DNA of 64,000 nt, from positions 288,001 through 352,000 of the forward strand of contig CAVSHR010000012.1 of NCBI GenBank assembly GCA_963727625.1. Reading direction: 5' to 3'. The stretch is from an uncultured delta proteobacterium (lineage in GTDB: Bacteria; Desulfobacterota; Binatia; UBA9968). A program made the translations under genes and the position numbers. This document shows positions 42,642 to 56,203 of the stretch, piece after piece (positions within the stretch are counted from its first letter, which is position 1; each line of letters begins with the position of its first letter). The notes beneath the pieces are model-generated. The model was not told where the DNA came from and did not search any database. It saw only the letters and a program-made list of their open reading frames with translations.

Positions 42642-43847
42642 TCACAGCTTTTCCGGCTCCTGAAGCAATCGATCGACGGTAATCAAAAAACGCCCGCCGC
42701 GGTGGCCGTCGCTGACGCGATGATCGGCGGAAAGCGTGGCATCGAGAACGGATCGCACGCCGACTATGCCGTTCGCAGCGACGGGCCGTTCCGTGATCTT
42801 ACCGAAGCCCACGAGCGCCACTTGCGGCGGATAAATAACGCCGAAGACGCTTTGGACTCCCTGCTCGCCGAGATTGGTGACGGTCATCGTGCCGTCGGAT
42901 AGCTCCGAGCTGCGCAGATGGCCGGTGCGCGCGCGGTTGACCAGATCGAGCATGCTTTCCATCACTTCATCTAAATTTTTCTTGTCCACATCGTGGATCG
43001 CCGGATTGACCAAGCCGCCTTGGCGCAATGAAATCGCCACGCCGACATGGATGCCGTCGCCCGCTTTAAACGCGTCATCGATCCAGAAGCCGTTGAGCTC
43101 CGGCGTCGTGCGCAATGCCAAAGCCACGGCGCGAATCAACAGCGCCGAATAGAGCAACCGCTTGGTCACCGGCCGCTTGTCGTTCTCCGCGCCGAGCCAG
43201 TCTAAAGCTCGGCGCATGTCGATCGTCGTCGCCAGATAGTAATGGGGAATTTCCCGCTTTGAGCGCGCCATGGCGACGGCGATGACGCGGCGCATGGCCA
43301 CGAGATCCAAACCCCTGGGTGTCAGAGGCGGCGCGGATATCGTCGGCGCTACCTCCGAACTCACGCGCTCTGCCGCCCGTTCGACATCCGCGAGCGAAAT
43401 TGAGCCATCTCCTGCGGTGCCGACCATGCCGGACAAATCAACACCGAGCTCCCGCGCCCGTTTACGCGCCAGCGGCGAAACACGCAGACGAGCAGGCTGT
43501 TCGCCGGGCGGTGCGATGGATATCTTCGACGGCGCCGTATCCTCTTTCACCGGCGCGATCGGCGCCGGTGAAATCGCCGCCGGCCTTGCCGGCTCTGCCT
43601 CGACCCTTTTACCGTCGCCGCTCAACACTGCCAGCGTTGCACCGACCGGAACTTTCTGCCCCGCCTGCACCACGAGGGTTTCAATCACGCCGCTTTCGAA
43701 GATTTCGACTTCGATCACGCCCTTTTCGGTCTCGACCGCCGCCACCACGTCGCCGTGCTTGACGGCGTCGCCCGGCTTGACGCGCCATTCGACGACGGTG
43801 CCGAATTGCATGTCGGCGCCGAGCGAGGGCATGCGAAATTCACTCAT
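42642..43847 (-). CDS. pdhC: 2-oxoacid dehydrogenase E2 acyltransferase
   Basis: Lipoyl domain ETEK, SPLARK, DHRVSDG. Confidence 0.9.
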   Translation of the reverse strand: MSEFRMPSLGADMQFGTVVEWRVKPGDAVKHGDVVAAVETEKGVIEVEIFESGVIETLVVQAGQKVPVGATLAVLSGDGKRVEAEPARPAAISPAPIAPVKEDTAPSKISIAPPGEQPARLRVSPLARKRARELGVDLSGMVGTAGDGSISLADVERAAERVSSEVAPTISAPPLTPRGLDLVAMRRVIAVAMARSKREIPHYYLATTIDMRRALDWLGAENDKRPVTKRLLYSALLIRAVALALRTTPELNGFWIDDAFKAGDGIHVGVAISLRQGGLVNPAIHDVDKKNLDEVMESMLDLVNRARTGHLRSSELSDGTMTVTNLGEQGVQSVFGVIYPPQVALVGFGKITERPVAANGIVGVRSVLDATLSADHRVSDGHRGGRFLITVDRLLQEPEKL

Positions 43848-44841
43848 GGCCGGTCACTATCCGCCGCGCCGCGGCGACGATACCCGGCACTTGCGGAATC
43901 GCCGCATCCTCGAGATGCTTGGGATAAGGCATCGGCACTTCCGCGCTGCACAGCCGCGCCACCGGAGCGTCGAGTTCGTAAAAGGCGTTTTCCATAATCT
44001 GCGCCATGATCTCCGCCGAGATACTGCCGGTTTTCCAGCCTTCATCGATGATCATGGCGCGATGCGTGCGGCTCACGGAGTCGACGATAGCCGCCGTATC
44101 CAGCGGTCTGAGCGTGCGCAGGTCGACGACTTCAGCGTCGATGCTCTCGCGCGCCAGATCCTCGGCCGCTTGCAAAGTTTTGAACAGAGTGCCGCCGTAA
44201 GTGATCAGGCTGATGGCCTTTCCCGGCCGGCGGATCGCCGCCTTGGAAATATCCACCGGGCCGGCGTCGGCCGCCAGCTCGCCTTCCATATTGTAGAGCA
44301 GACCATTCTCGAAGATCAGCACCGGATCGGGATCTTCCAATGCGGTCCAAAGCATGCCGCGCGCATCTTCGAGGGTCGCCGGCGTCAAGATTTTGATGCC
44401 GGGAATATGCGCGTACCAGCCTTCCAAGCTATGCGAGTGCTGCGCGGCTAATTGACGCCCCGCGCCGGTGGTCGTGCGAATGACTAGCGGAATATTGAAC
44501 TGCCCGCCGGACATATGCAGGATCGTCGCCGCGTTGTTGACGATCTGATCTAGGGCCAACAGACTGAAGTTCACCGTCATGATTTCCACGATCGGTCGCG
44601 CGCCGCCCATCGCCGCGCCGATACCGGCGCCGACGAAGGCCGACTCGGAGAGCGGCGTGTCGCGAATCCGCTCCGGGCCGAACTCGTCGAGCAATCCCTT
44701 GGTCACCGCGAAGCAGCCGCCGTAGCGGCCGACATCTTCGCCCATCAGAAACACCCGCTCATCGCGGAGAAGCGCGTCGCGGATCGCCGCGCGCATGGCT
44801 TCGCGATAGGTGGTCTTGATTTTCTCTGCGCTCCTATTCAT
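43840..44841 (-). CDS. pdhB: Pyruvate dehydrogenase E1 beta
   Basis: [24 protein letters not shown]. Confidence 0.92.
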   Translation of the reverse strand: MNRSAEKIKTTYREAMRAAIRDALLRDERVFLMGEDVGRYGGCFAVTKGLLDEFGPERIRDTPLSESAFVGAGIGAAMGGARPIVEIMTVNFSLLALDQIVNNAATILHMSGGQFNIPLVIRTTTGAGRQLAAQHSHSLEGWYAHIPGIKILTPATLEDARGMLWTALEDPDPVLIFENGLLYNMEGELAADAGPVDISKAAIRRPGKAISLITYGGTLFKTLQAAEDLARESIDAEVVDLRTLRPLDTAAIVDSVSRTHRAMIIDEGWKTGSISAEIMAQIMENAFYELDAPVARLCSAEVPMPYPKHLEDAAIPQVPGIVAAARRIVTGHE

Positions 44842-44926
44842 TGAAGTCTCTCTCTTTGTTCAAGGTTCAAAGTTCAAGATGTCGGGCGGGGGCTTTGAAC
44901 GTTGAACTTTTGAACGATGCACCACC

Positions 44927-45936
44927 CTATGAGGGATGATCCTGGTGCGCCTCCGAGTAAACAAACCGCGTCAGTTCCTCCACCGGCTCCCACTGGCCGG
45001 CCTCGGCGAACTCGACGGATTTTTCGATTTCATCGGTCACTTCCGCTTCCAACTGCGTCCAGTCTTCATCCCGCCAGAATTTCTGTTGCTTCAATCGCTC
45101 GATGAAATTTGCAATCGGGTCGCGCTTCTTCCACTCTTCGACTTCTTGTTTGTCGCGGTAGAGCTCGGGGTCGTACATCGAATGGGCGCGAAAGCGGTAA
45201 GTGCGGTACTCGATAAAATGCGGCCCGCCGCCCCCGCGCACAGCCGACGCGGCGCGTTTGCTGGCATCTTCGACCGCTAGAACATCCATGCCATCCACCG
45301 GCCAAGCGGGAATCTCGAACGCCGCGGCTTTGAGACAGATGTCAGTTTCCGATTCGGAACGAGACAACGCCGTGCCCATGGCGTAAAGATTGTTCTCGCA
45401 GCAAAACAGCACGGGCAGTTTCCATAGCGCGGCGAGATTCAACGACTCATGAAACTCGCCTTCGGCCACCGCGCCTTCACCGAAAAAACAGGCCGTGAGC
45501 TGTCGCCGTCCGGCGAGCTTGTCGGCGAGAGCAAGACCCACCGCCAGCGGCAGCCCGCCGCCGACAATGGCATTGCCGCCGTAGAAACCTGTGGCGGCAT
45601 CGAAGAGATGCATGGAGCCGCCGCGGCCGCGACTGCAACCTTCGACTTTGCCGTACATCTCCGCCATGATCGCGTTGGCCGACACGCCGCGCGCCAGCGC
45701 GTGGCCATGCTCACGGTAAGTCGCCACGATGGCGTCTTCGGGCTGCAGAGCTTGCATGGTGCCCACGGCTACCGCTTCTTCGCCGATGTAAAGATGGACG
45801 AAGCCGCGGATCTTGCTCGCGGCGTAGAGCTCCACGCATTTTTCCTCCAGACGGCGAATGCGCAGCATCTCTTGGAGCAGGTGCAGGGCATGCTCGCGCT
45901 CGATGGGTGGCTGTTTTCGTTTATTTCTTTGTGCCA

Positions 45937-45937
<1 letters not shown>
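44927..45937 (-). CDS. pdhA: Pyruvate dehydrogenase E1 alpha
   Basis: [32 protein letters not shown]. Confidence 0.93.
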
Positions 45938-47697
<1,760 letters not shown>

Positions 47698-47902
47698 CAG
47701 TTTCTCCGCTTATCGGTAGCTCTTTAGGACGCGGGCGCGATCAAAGTCTCGGTTTCCCGTTGCGCGCGGCGAATCAAACCGTTGGCGCTTTCGATGAGTT
47801 GCGCTGGGGTCAGCGTCTTCTTCACCGCTCCCTGTTCAATTGTTTTCAACCTCACCATCGCCGATTTGTTCATTGCCCGCTCCTTCTCAGCCCCTGACTT
47901 CC

Positions 47903-47918
47903 GCAAGAAATGCGCCAA
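47903..47918 (-). promoter_or_regulatory. Sigma-54 promoter upstream of the acsA-pdh operon
   Basis: TTGGCGC-ATTTC-TTGC. Confidence 0.68.
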
Positions 47919-48073
47919 TAGCCGACATGAACAAAGGGTCGGTTTCACCGTCAATTTTTTCAAAGCTGCGAAGAGACTCCCGAGTTTTTATCAAGCTTGA
48001 AGAACCTGCTTCGCGAGGTCGCGATAAACCTGCGCACTTTCGGTGTTACCCAAGCCGTTGCTCCGCGGCGCCG

Positions 48074-48088
48074 CGGCATTGAAATTGC
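48074..48088 (+). promoter_or_regulatory. Possible sigma-54 promoter upstream of DUF2267/dnaJ
   Basis: CGGCAT-TGAAA-TTGC (GG-N10-GC). Confidence 0.5.
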
Positions 48089-48147
48089 TCAGTTCAGATG
48101 GTTAAGGGAGCCCATCGAAAACGAATCGGCTGCGAGGAGGAATCGCC

Positions 48148-48630
48148 ATGAAAACCGGTCCGGCTTATCGTTACAAGCTAGTGGGTAGCGCGCCGCGGCG
48201 AAAAACCAGCCACGACCTCTTTGACGGCACGCTGCAAAAAACTCAAATCTGGTTGAATGATCTGACGTTCGAGCTGGGATGGGAGGGCAAGCCGGAAAAA
48301 ACTTATTTTGCCCTGCGTACGGTCCTGCATGCGCTCCGGGACCGCCTGACGATCGAGGAAGCCGTGCAATTAGGCGCGCAGTTGCCGATGCTCATCCGCG
48401 GCTTTTACTACGAAGGCTGGACCCTTAAGGGAAAGCCGCACAAAGAACGGCACAAAGAAGCTTTCCTCGCGCACATCAAGGATGCATTCAAGAACGATGT
48501 GACCGTGAGGCCGGAAAGCATCGTGCGGGCAGTCTTTAAAATTCTGGCGCGCCACACCAGCAAAGGCGAGATCGACGACGTCAAGAAGATTCTTCCCAAG
48601 GCGTTGCATGGGCTCTGGCCGGAAAAATGA
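48148..48630 (+). CDS. DUF2267 family protein
   Basis: ALRTVLHALRDRL..LGAQLPMLIRGFYYEGW. Confidence 0.85.
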   Translation: MKTGPAYRYKLVGSAPRRKTSHDLFDGTLQKTQIWLNDLTFELGWEGKPEKTYFALRTVLHALRDRLTIEEAVQLGAQLPMLIRGFYYEGWTLKGKPHKERHKEAFLAHIKDAFKNDVTVRPESIVRAVFKILARHTSKGEIDDVKKILPKALHGLWPEK

Positions 48631-48722
48631 TCTGGCGCAAGCTATCCCCGATTCGGTCAAGCTCGCTTAGCTGGCGGAGAGTATCATGCGTGGCGCGACG
48701 ACTTGCCTAAGGGAGTGCGGCA

Positions 48723-49838
48723 TTGGCGCTAGAGCAACACAAGCGCGATTACTACGAAGCCCTCGGTGTCGACCGTACCGCCACTCGGGAGCAGATCAAG
48801 CAAGCCTACCGCCAGCTCGCGCTGAAATGGCACCCTGATCGCAACCCGGCGCCCGAAGCGACCGACAGATTCAAAGAGGTCGCGGAAGCTTACGCGGTGC
48901 TTTCCGATCCCACCAAGCGCGCCCAGTACGACAAAACCGGCCACGCCGGCGTGAGCGAGCGCTGGTCGACCGAAGATCTTTTCCGCGACTTTGAATTCGG
49001 TGACTTTTTTGGCGGCCGTTTCGCCGACCTGGGCGGTATTTTCGGCGATCTGTTCGGCGGACGTTCGCGCCGAGGCCCGATCAAGCCGCAGGGCGCCAAC
49101 CTGCATTACGATCTCAAGCTGACCCTTGACGGCGCTGCGACAGGGGGCGAGCGTGTGATCTCGATTACCAGATCCGATCGTTGTAAAACCTGCGGCGGCA
49201 ACGGCGCCAAGCCGGGCACGCAACCGGTCACCTGCCCCGAGTGTCAGGGCAGCGGCCAGAAGCAGCAAACACGGTCCGAGAAAGGCATGAAACTGGTATC
49301 CATTACCGGCTGTACCCGCTGTCTCGGCCGAGGGACATTGATCGAGTCGCCATGTCTCACCTGCCACGGCAGCGGTTATGAATCGGTGCCGCACCAGATC
49401 AAGGTACAAATCCCGCCGGGTATCGACGATGGCATGATGCTTCGCTTGGCCGGCCAAGGCGAAGCCGCGCCGCCGGGAGGATTAGCAGGCGATCTGCTTG
49501 TACGCATCCAGATCGAACCGCATCCGCTTCTCAAGCGCGAGGGCGAGGATCTCTACACCGGGACGGCGCTCGACTTCGCGAGCGCTGCGCTTGGCACCAA
49601 GGTCGATATTCCTTGTCTGGACCGAGAAACGGTAAAAGTCACGATTCCTCCGGGCATCCAAAGCGGCACGGCATTAAGACTCCGGGGCAAAGGCATGCCG
49701 CGCCTGCATGGCAGAGGCAAAGGAGATCTATACATCGTGGTCGAGGTCCGGACGCCCACTAACTTGAGCCCGCGTCAGCGCGAGCTGCTTAAAGAATTCA
49801 AATTGGAGGCCGTGAAAAGATCAGCGGCGCACACATGA
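48723..49838 (+). CDS. dnaJ: DnaJ chaperone
   Basis: HPD J-domain, G/F region, four CxxCxGxG repeats. Confidence 0.93.
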   Translation: MALEQHKRDYYEALGVDRTATREQIKQAYRQLALKWHPDRNPAPEATDRFKEVAEAYAVLSDPTKRAQYDKTGHAGVSERWSTEDLFRDFEFGDFFGGRFADLGGIFGDLFGGRSRRGPIKPQGANLHYDLKLTLDGAATGGERVISITRSDRCKTCGGNGAKPGTQPVTCPECQGSGQKQQTRSEKGMKLVSITGCTRCLGRGTLIESPCLTCHGSGYESVPHQIKVQIPPGIDDGMMLRLAGQGEAAPPGGLAGDLLVRIQIEPHPLLKREGEDLYTGTALDFASAALGTKVDIPCLDRETVKVTIPPGIQSGTALRLRGKGMPRLHGRGKGDLYIVVEVRTPTNLSPRQRELLKEFKLEAVKRSAAHT

Positions 49839-49890
49839 CACGCCTTTGGTCGCACTGTGATCGAAGCTAATCGGCGTAGAAATCGCCGAG

Positions 49891-50583
49891 ATGGGATTTG
49901 ATTTGAACTCCCTAAGATATTTTCTCGCGTTGCTTTTGGTGGTCACTCTGCCGCCACTGTTTTTTTACTGGCTGCTGCTCCACCCCTTTGTAAGGTTCTG
50001 GCGCAGCCGGGGGATCGGCGTGACCTACGGCAGCCTGCTAACGATCATCGCCGCCGGCATGGTCGGTCTATTTTCCATGCGCCATTTTTTGCTCCGCATC
50101 GACTACGGAACGAGCTATCTCCTGCTCGCCCTGGGGGCCCTCTGTTTAACGCTAGCGGCCATCATGCGTTTGGCGATCCAGAGGAAGCTTACCATCAAAG
50201 TCTTGTTGGGCCTGCCGGAAATCGCCCCGGACCGATTTCCCCGCAGGCTGATCACCGACGGCATTTACGCGCGCATGCGCCACCCTCGTTATGTGCAGTT
50301 TCTCATGGCGCTGAGCGGCTACGCTCTGATCGCCAATTATCTCGCCGGCTATTTAGTCATCGCCCTGTGGGTGCCGGGAATCTACCTGATCGCGCTGATC
50401 GAGGAAAAGGAACTGCGCGATCACTTCGGCGACATTTATCAGGCCTACTGCCGTAACATGCCGCGCTTTTTGCCCAAGTTACGAGGCGACTCTGATTCGG
50501 CATCAAAATTGAAAAATGCCGCGCATGGCGATGGCGCCCAGCGGCGGCGACGACCGACACGGCATAAACATGAATCGACCTGA
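49891..50583 (+). CDS. Isoprenylcysteine carboxyl methyltransferase/PEMT-like membrane protein
   Basis: GIYARMRHPRY, EEKEL..FG..Y. Confidence 0.8.
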   Translation: MGFDLNSLRYFLALLLVVTLPPLFFYWLLLHPFVRFWRSRGIGVTYGSLLTIIAAGMVGLFSMRHFLLRIDYGTSYLLLALGALCLTLAAIMRLAIQRKLTIKVLLGLPEIAPDRFPRRLITDGIYARMRHPRYVQFLMALSGYALIANYLAGYLVIALWVPGIYLIALIEEKELRDHFGDIYQAYCRNMPRFLPKLRGDSDSASKLKNAAHGDGAQRRRRPTRHKHEST

Positions 50584-51718
50584 GAACCCGCAAGCGCAGA
50601 TAAAACATCAACCGGCTTGGATTTCCTTTGCCGCCGACGGCACACTTTGCTGTGGCGGCGTTTGGACGCTAGCGCACGCGGCGGAGCTGGAAGCTCAAAT
50701 CCTGTCTCTAGCGAAGACATCTGGCGGACGCATCAGCTGCGATGTCGGAGCCATCGAAGCCATGGACACCGGCGGAGCGTGGCTGCTGCAGCGAACCTTG
50801 AACCAGTTAGAGCAGAGCGGTTGCAGCATCTCATTGAACGGGCTCTCCGCCGATTTTGCCACACTGATGCGAACCGTGGCGCGGGGCTGGTCGCAAACCG
50901 ACCAGATCCAACCCTTGCCCCATTTCGGTCGGTTCAATCGCATGGGCCGATTTGTCTGGGCTTCCGGGGCAAATTTTTTCCAGGCCCTTGCCTTTATCGG
51001 TGAGACCGCGTCCGCTTCCTGCTCCCTGCTCGCCCATGCCAATCGGATGCGTTGGCGCGTTTTGCTTTACAATCTCCAGGTTGACGGTCTTAACGCCTTG
51101 CCCATCATCGGTCTGCTGTCATTTCTGATGGGCATCGTCATCGCCTATCAAGGCTCCGAGCAGCTCAAAACCTTCGGCGCCAATATTTTCATCGTCGACT
51201 TGGTCGGCATCTCGCTCCTGCGCGAGATCGCGCCGCTCCTGACGGCGATCCTCGTCGCCGGCCGCTCCGGGTCAGCCTACACCGCGCAGATCGGCACGAT
51301 GACGGTCACCGAAGAGTTGGATGCCTTGCGCTCGTTGGGCATATCTCCCATGAGCTTGTTGGTAATACCGAGGGCACTCGCCTTGGTCATCGCCCTGCCG
51401 TTGCTCACCGTCTTTGCCGATGCAGTCGGGGTATTCGGCGGCATGTTGGTCGCGTTAAGCCAGCTCGGCGTGACCTTTACGGAGTTTCTCAACCGCTTCG
51501 AATACGCGATCGTGTTGCGCCATTACCTGATCGGGATCGGCAAGACGCCGGTCTTTGCCGCCATTATCGCGCTGGTGGGCTGTTATCAGGGCTTTCAGGT
51601 GTCGGGCGGCGTCGACAGCGTCGGCCGCCACACCACCATCAGTGTCGTTCAAGCGATCTTTTTAGTCATCGTCACCGATGCCTTCTTTTCGATTCTTTTC
51701 AGCTGGTGGGGCATATGA
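50570..51718 (+). CDS. MlaE-family ABC permease with STAS-like N-terminus
   Basis: REIAPLLTAILVAGRSGSA..EELDAL. Confidence 0.9.
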   Translation: MNRPENPQAQIKHQPAWISFAADGTLCCGGVWTLAHAAELEAQILSLAKTSGGRISCDVGAIEAMDTGGAWLLQRTLNQLEQSGCSISLNGLSADFATLMRTVARGWSQTDQIQPLPHFGRFNRMGRFVWASGANFFQALAFIGETASASCSLLAHANRMRWRVLLYNLQVDGLNALPIIGLLSFLMGIVIAYQGSEQLKTFGANIFIVDLVGISLLREIAPLLTAILVAGRSGSAYTAQIGTMTVTEELDALRSLGISPMSLLVIPRALALVIALPLLTVFADAVGVFGGMLVALSQLGVTFTEFLNRFEYAIVLRHYLIGIGKTPVFAAIIALVGCYQGFQVSGGVDSVGRHTTISVVQAIFLVIVTDAFFSILFSWWGI

Positions 51719-52518
51719 ATGCGCCGCGCAATTCCATCGAGCCGCGCCACCCGGTGATCCAAGTGCGGCATATCCACACACGCTTCGGCGCCGCCGTCGT
51801 GCATGAGGACGTCAGCCTGACCATCAACAAGGGCGAAGTGTTCGCTATCGCCGGCGGCAACGGCAGCGGGAAATCGGTCTTGATGCGGGAAATGATCCTT
51901 CTGCAAAAACCAACGGCCGGCGACATTCAAATCTTCGACCAAAATGTCCGAACGATGAGTGAAGCCGACGTGGCGGCGTTGCGCCGGCGTTGCGGCGTGC
52001 TGTTCCAACATGGCGCGTTGTTCAGCTCGCAGACCGTGAAGGAAAACGTCGCTGTTCCCTTGCGTGAGCATACGGCCATCAGCAAACGATTAATCGAAGA
52101 GCTGGCCCTGCTAAAGATCGCCAGCACCGGCTTTCCGATGGCGAGCGTGACCAAGTATCCCAATGAACTGAGCGGCGGTATGCGCCGGCGCGCCGGCCTG
52201 GCGCGCGCCATGGCGTTGGATCCTGAACTGCTGTTTCTCGATGAGCCCACCTCGGGGCTCGACCCGATCAGTGCCGCCGGTTTCGACGAGCTGATCCAGC
52301 AACTGCGCGAATGGTTTCGGCTCACCATCGTCATCATCACCCATGATTTGGATTCGCTCTGGCGCATTGCCGATCGGGTTGCGGTGTTAGGCAATGGCAA
52401 GGTCCTTGGAATCGGCAGCATGAGCGAACTTTCCCAATCAAAGGATCCTCTGATTCACGAATATTTCTACGGGCCGCGCGGCCGCGCCGCCAGGGAGCAA
52501 GCATGGAACCGAAGGTAA
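51715..52518 (+). CDS. MlaF-family ABC ATPase
   Basis: GGNGSGKS, LSGGM, LFLDEPTSGLDP. Confidence 0.92.
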   Translation: MNAPRNSIEPRHPVIQVRHIHTRFGAAVVHEDVSLTINKGEVFAIAGGNGSGKSVLMREMILLQKPTAGDIQIFDQNVRTMSEADVAALRRRCGVLFQHGALFSSQTVKENVAVPLREHTAISKRLIEELALLKIASTGFPMASVTKYPNELSGGMRRRAGLARAMALDPELLFLDEPTSGLDPISAAGFDELIQQLREWFRLTIVIITHDLDSLWRIADRVAVLGNGKVLGIGSMSELSQSKDPLIHEYFYGPRGRAAREQAWNRR

Positions 52519-53465
52519 ACTACACGCTGGTCGGTCTTTTCATCGCGCTCTTGGGCGCCGCAGCGCTCGCCGGAGTTCTGTGGCTGAGCCGAACGGATTA
52601 TCGCGGCGTCTACGACCGCTACTACACCTTCATGGATGAATCGGTCGCGGGTTTGAGCACCGACTCGTCAGTCAAATACCACGGCGTCGATGTCGGCCGG
52701 GTCAAGGAGATTGCCTTGAACCCGGACAATCCCGAGCAGGTGCGCCTTGCCCTCGATCTGCGGCGAGGTACTCCGATTAAAGAGGATACCGTGGCGGTGC
52801 TGCAAACCCAGGGGCTGACGGGCATAGCAACCGTGAATCTACGGGGCGGCAGCCGTGTTTCAGCGCCTTTGAGGGCCCGACCCGGCGAAACTTATCCAGT
52901 GATTAAAAGCCGACGGTCATTTTACGCCCAGCTCGACAATACACTGTCGCGGCTGATGACCAATGAGCAGATTCCGGCGCTTCTGGCCAATCTTAATAGC
53001 CTGGCCCAGGAAGCGCGCGGCCTGGTCGATGCCCAAAGCCGGGTGGATTTAAAGCGAATTCTTGCCGACCTGGCTCAGGTAACCCATACCTTGGCGGCGC
53101 ACCGGGCCGAGCTCGCTGACAGTCTCGCCCAATCCGACGCTGCCTTCGAGCGCTTCGCCGCCATGGGCAAAAAACTCGATGAGCGGATGCCGCAATTGTT
53201 ACAGCAAACTTCCGCAAACCTGCTCGCCATGCAAAACATGACGGATGCAGTCGCGCGCACCAGCTCGGCAGTGGGTTCGATGGTAGACGGCAGCCGCGCC
53301 GATATCACCCAGTTTACCGGCCAGACGTTAGCCGAGACGGGGCTTTTGGTCGCGGAGCTGCGGCAGTTGACCGCAACGTTGCAGCGACTGGCGAGCGGTC
53401 TGGAGCGCCAACCGAACGCGCTGATTTTCGGCCGCGGCCCCCCGGCACGGGGTCCAGGGGAATGA
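52503..53465 (+). CDS. MlaD/MCE family protein
   Basis: VAGL...VKYHGVDVGRV, QGLTG; helical C-terminus. Confidence 0.9.
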   Translation: MEPKVNYTLVGLFIALLGAAALAGVLWLSRTDYRGVYDRYYTFMDESVAGLSTDSSVKYHGVDVGRVKEIALNPDNPEQVRLALDLRRGTPIKEDTVAVLQTQGLTGIATVNLRGGSRVSAPLRARPGETYPVIKSRRSFYAQLDNTLSRLMTNEQIPALLANLNSLAQEARGLVDAQSRVDLKRILADLAQVTHTLAAHRAELADSLAQSDAAFERFAAMGKKLDERMPQLLQQTSANLLAMQNMTDAVARTSSAVGSMVDGSRADITQFTGQTLAETGLLVAELRQLTATLQRLASGLERQPNALIFGRGPPARGPGE

Positions 53466-53469
53466 CATC

Positions 53470-54108
53470 ATGCCTGGCTCGCGTGAGATGATGCGAATCC
53501 TCAAATTGGCGCTGTTTTTCTTTTTGAGCGCCTGCGCTCTGGGTCCCGTCGAAACCAGCGCGCCGCGAACCTATTTCCTCAACCCTGAGATCTCGTGGAA
53601 AAATCCGTACGCATATGGCGAGCGCGTCGGCACCTCGGTTCTCCTGATCACGCAACCCGGATCACAAGCCGGCTTCGACACCGCCCGCATGGCCTACCTG
53701 TTGCGTCCGTACGAGGTTAACTATTATGCTCTCAATCAGTGGGCCGATACGCCGGCGCGCATGTTACAACGCGTCATGGTTGAGAATCTGGACAAAACCG
53801 GCCTGTGGAGCGCGGTACTGCAAACGCCGGGCGCAGTGGCGGCTCGATATCGGCTCGATTGCGACAATCTGGTTTTGCAACAACAGTTCTTCTCCCGCCC
53901 CAGCCGCGTGCGTCTGGCAATCCGCGCGCAAATCGTCGATACGAAAACACAGTCGGTTCTCGCCACCCGATATTTCGAACTCTTCGAAGCCGCCCCGAGC
54001 GACGATCCCTACGGCGGGGTATTGGCCGCCAATCACGCGTCCGCGAAACTGATCACTGAGGTCGCCCAGTGGTTAGACCAAGTAGTAAGAGACACCGTGA
54101 AAAAATGA
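53470..54108 (+). CDS. PqiC-like ABC auxiliary lipoprotein
   Basis: Lipobox LSAC; QWADTP; operon position. Confidence 0.82.
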   Translation: MPGSREMMRILKLALFFFLSACALGPVETSAPRTYFLNPEISWKNPYAYGERVGTSVLLITQPGSQAGFDTARMAYLLRPYEVNYYALNQWADTPARMLQRVMVENLDKTGLWSAVLQTPGAVAARYRLDCDNLVLQQQFFSRPSRVRLAIRAQIVDTKTQSVLATRYFELFEAAPSDDPYGGVLAANHASAKLITEVAQWLDQVVRDTVKK

Positions 54109-54422
54109 AAACATAGCGGCCAGCCACTCACGGTTCACGGACACGGTAACTTTCCTGACACGACCACGGCTTTTCTCCGCACACGATCACATTTGAGGAG
54201 GAGAAGGAAAGACGAGATCCCTATAAACCGTCATGGGACAGGACTTGATCGCCGTACTTTCGCCGAGCGCGGCTGATGTAGCGGGGCGACATTCTCCGCG
54301 TTGACCTCTATTATTTTCTCGCGTACAAGCTCAGTGGCCTTTTTTGCTGTTGCTGCCCCCTTCCACGCCATGCCCGCCCGTCGCGCTCCACTCCCAGGCG
54401 GAGCGAAGATTGAGACATTGCC

Positions 54423-54863
54423 TCAAGGTCGGTACTCGGTGTGATCCAGTTTGCTACCCGCCAAGTAGTCATGGATCGCCGTGCGTACGCCGTCGAACGC
54501 CAGGGGCTTGGATAGACAAAGATCAACTGTGGCGGATATCGATGGAGTTGGAGCGAAATCCCAGCCACCCATCCCGACGACAAACACTTGCGGCAGCTTG
54601 AGCTGCGCATGTTGGATGATCGAGGCGCAGTCGGGCAGATATAAATCGACGAGCAAGACGCTCAGATCAAGGTTCGCTTCGATGCATGCGACCGCTTCGT
54701 CCCCATCTTCCGCTTCGAACACGCGGTAACCTTCGTAACGCAGCAGATCCGACAGGCTGGATCGAGCCGAAGCTGTATTTTCAGCCACGAGCACTGAAAT
54801 CGCCGAATGCTTTTGAAACTCCAATCGTGACTCTTTCTCGCCGCGCCGCCTACCGTTGATCAC
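54423..54863 (-). CDS. Single-domain response regulator receiver
   Basis: VLVAE, LLVDLYLP, SKP. Confidence 0.75.
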   Translation of the reverse strand: MINGRRRGEKESRLEFQKHSAISVLVAENTASARSSLSDLLRYEGYRVFEAEDGDEAVACIEANLDLSVLLVDLYLPDCASIIQHAQLKLPQVFVVGMGGWDFAPTPSISATVDLCLSKPLAFDGVRTAIHDYLAGSKLDHTEYRP

Positions 54864-54981
54864 GCTCGATTACGCGGACGATACCACTCCAAAGACGGTC
54901 GATGGTCGCCGAGCAAACCTCCCTCGCCTTTAAACCGGCGGGAGCGGTATCGATGATTCCGACGCCGCGACCGATTAGAAA

Positions 54982-54997
54982 GCAATCGGCGTGCCTA
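54982..54997 (-). promoter_or_regulatory. Sigma-54-like promoter upstream of the receiver gene
   Basis: TAGGCAC-GCCGA-TTGC. Confidence 0.6.
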
Positions 54998-55523
54998 AGA
55001 ATTTCCATTCAATTCACGCGGCAGCCGTGGATTTTGCTCATCCGTGCGAAGTTGAGTTTTGCTCACTATCATTTCTGACAAGACCCGGCACATCTACCGG
55101 ATCGCAGATGATATCGGCATACCCCAACCCTTGGCGTTCGACGATTTCCATTCCGCTCTTATCCGGGGTCCGGGTATCTACCCGTTCGACCTGAGTTCGA
55201 TTCACCGGGATTGGTAACTTCGCCCGAGTGGCACTAGGCATATCTCGGCGGGAATTACTTATGCCGAGGGCTCGTTTTCTCGGAACAGTCCTATCCCTCC
55301 TCAGACTGGGCGCGCGCCAACAAACGGCTTGCCGGAAGCCAAGGACAAACCAAATTTACAAAAACATCGTCCCTGCCGGTCTCTACTATTGCGTCCTTAC
55401 GCTGAAAAAAGACTTCGGAAAAATTAAGGAGACATTTCTAGCTCGCCGCATGGTTAGAGACGATTGCGAAAATCATGAAATGATCGTCCCATCAACTTCC
55501 AGCGCGCTTAACTTCCGTGCCAA

Positions 55524-55745
55524 CTACGCCGTTCGTAATTCCACCGGGTAACCAAGCTTTCGATAAGATTTCAGGCTCAACAGCGGCTCGTGTTCACGAA
55601 CATAATCCAACCGGATTTGAAACCAAGTCTCTCTTGGCCAATGCCAGTTTAATTGCGGCAGCTCATCCTCTTCGTAGCAGCCGTCGTTGACCGGACTCTG
55701 TAAAAAGATCGACTCCCAAGCGTTCATAGAAATGTCCTCCCTCAA
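55524..55745 (-). CDS. Small hypothetical protein
   Basis: 73-aa ORF downstream of a perfect sigma-54 motif; start uncertain. Confidence 0.45.
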   Translation of the reverse strand: MREDISMNAWESIFLQSPVNDGCYEEDELPQLNWHWPRETWFQIRLDYVREHEPLLSLKSYRKLGYPVELRTA

Positions 55746-55825
55746 ATTTCAATAATTCTAAATTCAAGCGAAAATCATGCCCCGACTTGGCTGTGCCAAT
55801 TTTTGGGCTTGGTTTTTAGCCATCC

Positions 55826-55841
55826 GCAAGCGCAGTGCCAA
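55826..55841 (-). promoter_or_regulatory. Sigma-54 promoter
   Basis: TTGGCAC-TGCGC-TTGC. Confidence 0.68.
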
Positions 55842-56203
55842 CGAGATTGCGGATCTAAACGCTAAAATAAAAGATTTTTTCTCTGAGTTTCGAATAAAAG
55901 CCTGCTGTGAATTTTCAAATTTGCGATTATCCCCAAATCTTCTTGTCATAGCCGCAAACAAACATTGGCGTGCAATCGCTTGGCGCTGGCTGTGGCGAGC
56001 CATAGACTATATCTAGCCGGCGAGACGGTCCTCGAGCCCCGATTCTCAGTGATGAAAAAGATCGATGGACCCGCTGATTTAGTTCCCCCATCGGGCAACA
56101 CCCAAGAAGCTCGAAACCGTTTTCCAAACCGCGGATCAACTGGACGACAATTCTGGGCATGTACCGAAAGAGCCCGTTGGCACAACAATTGCCAATGCGT
56201 TAA

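Noticed and set aside
48691-48706. TGGCGC...TTGC before dnaJ as a sigma-54 promoter
   Set aside because: GG-GC spacing is 11 nt rather than the required 10.
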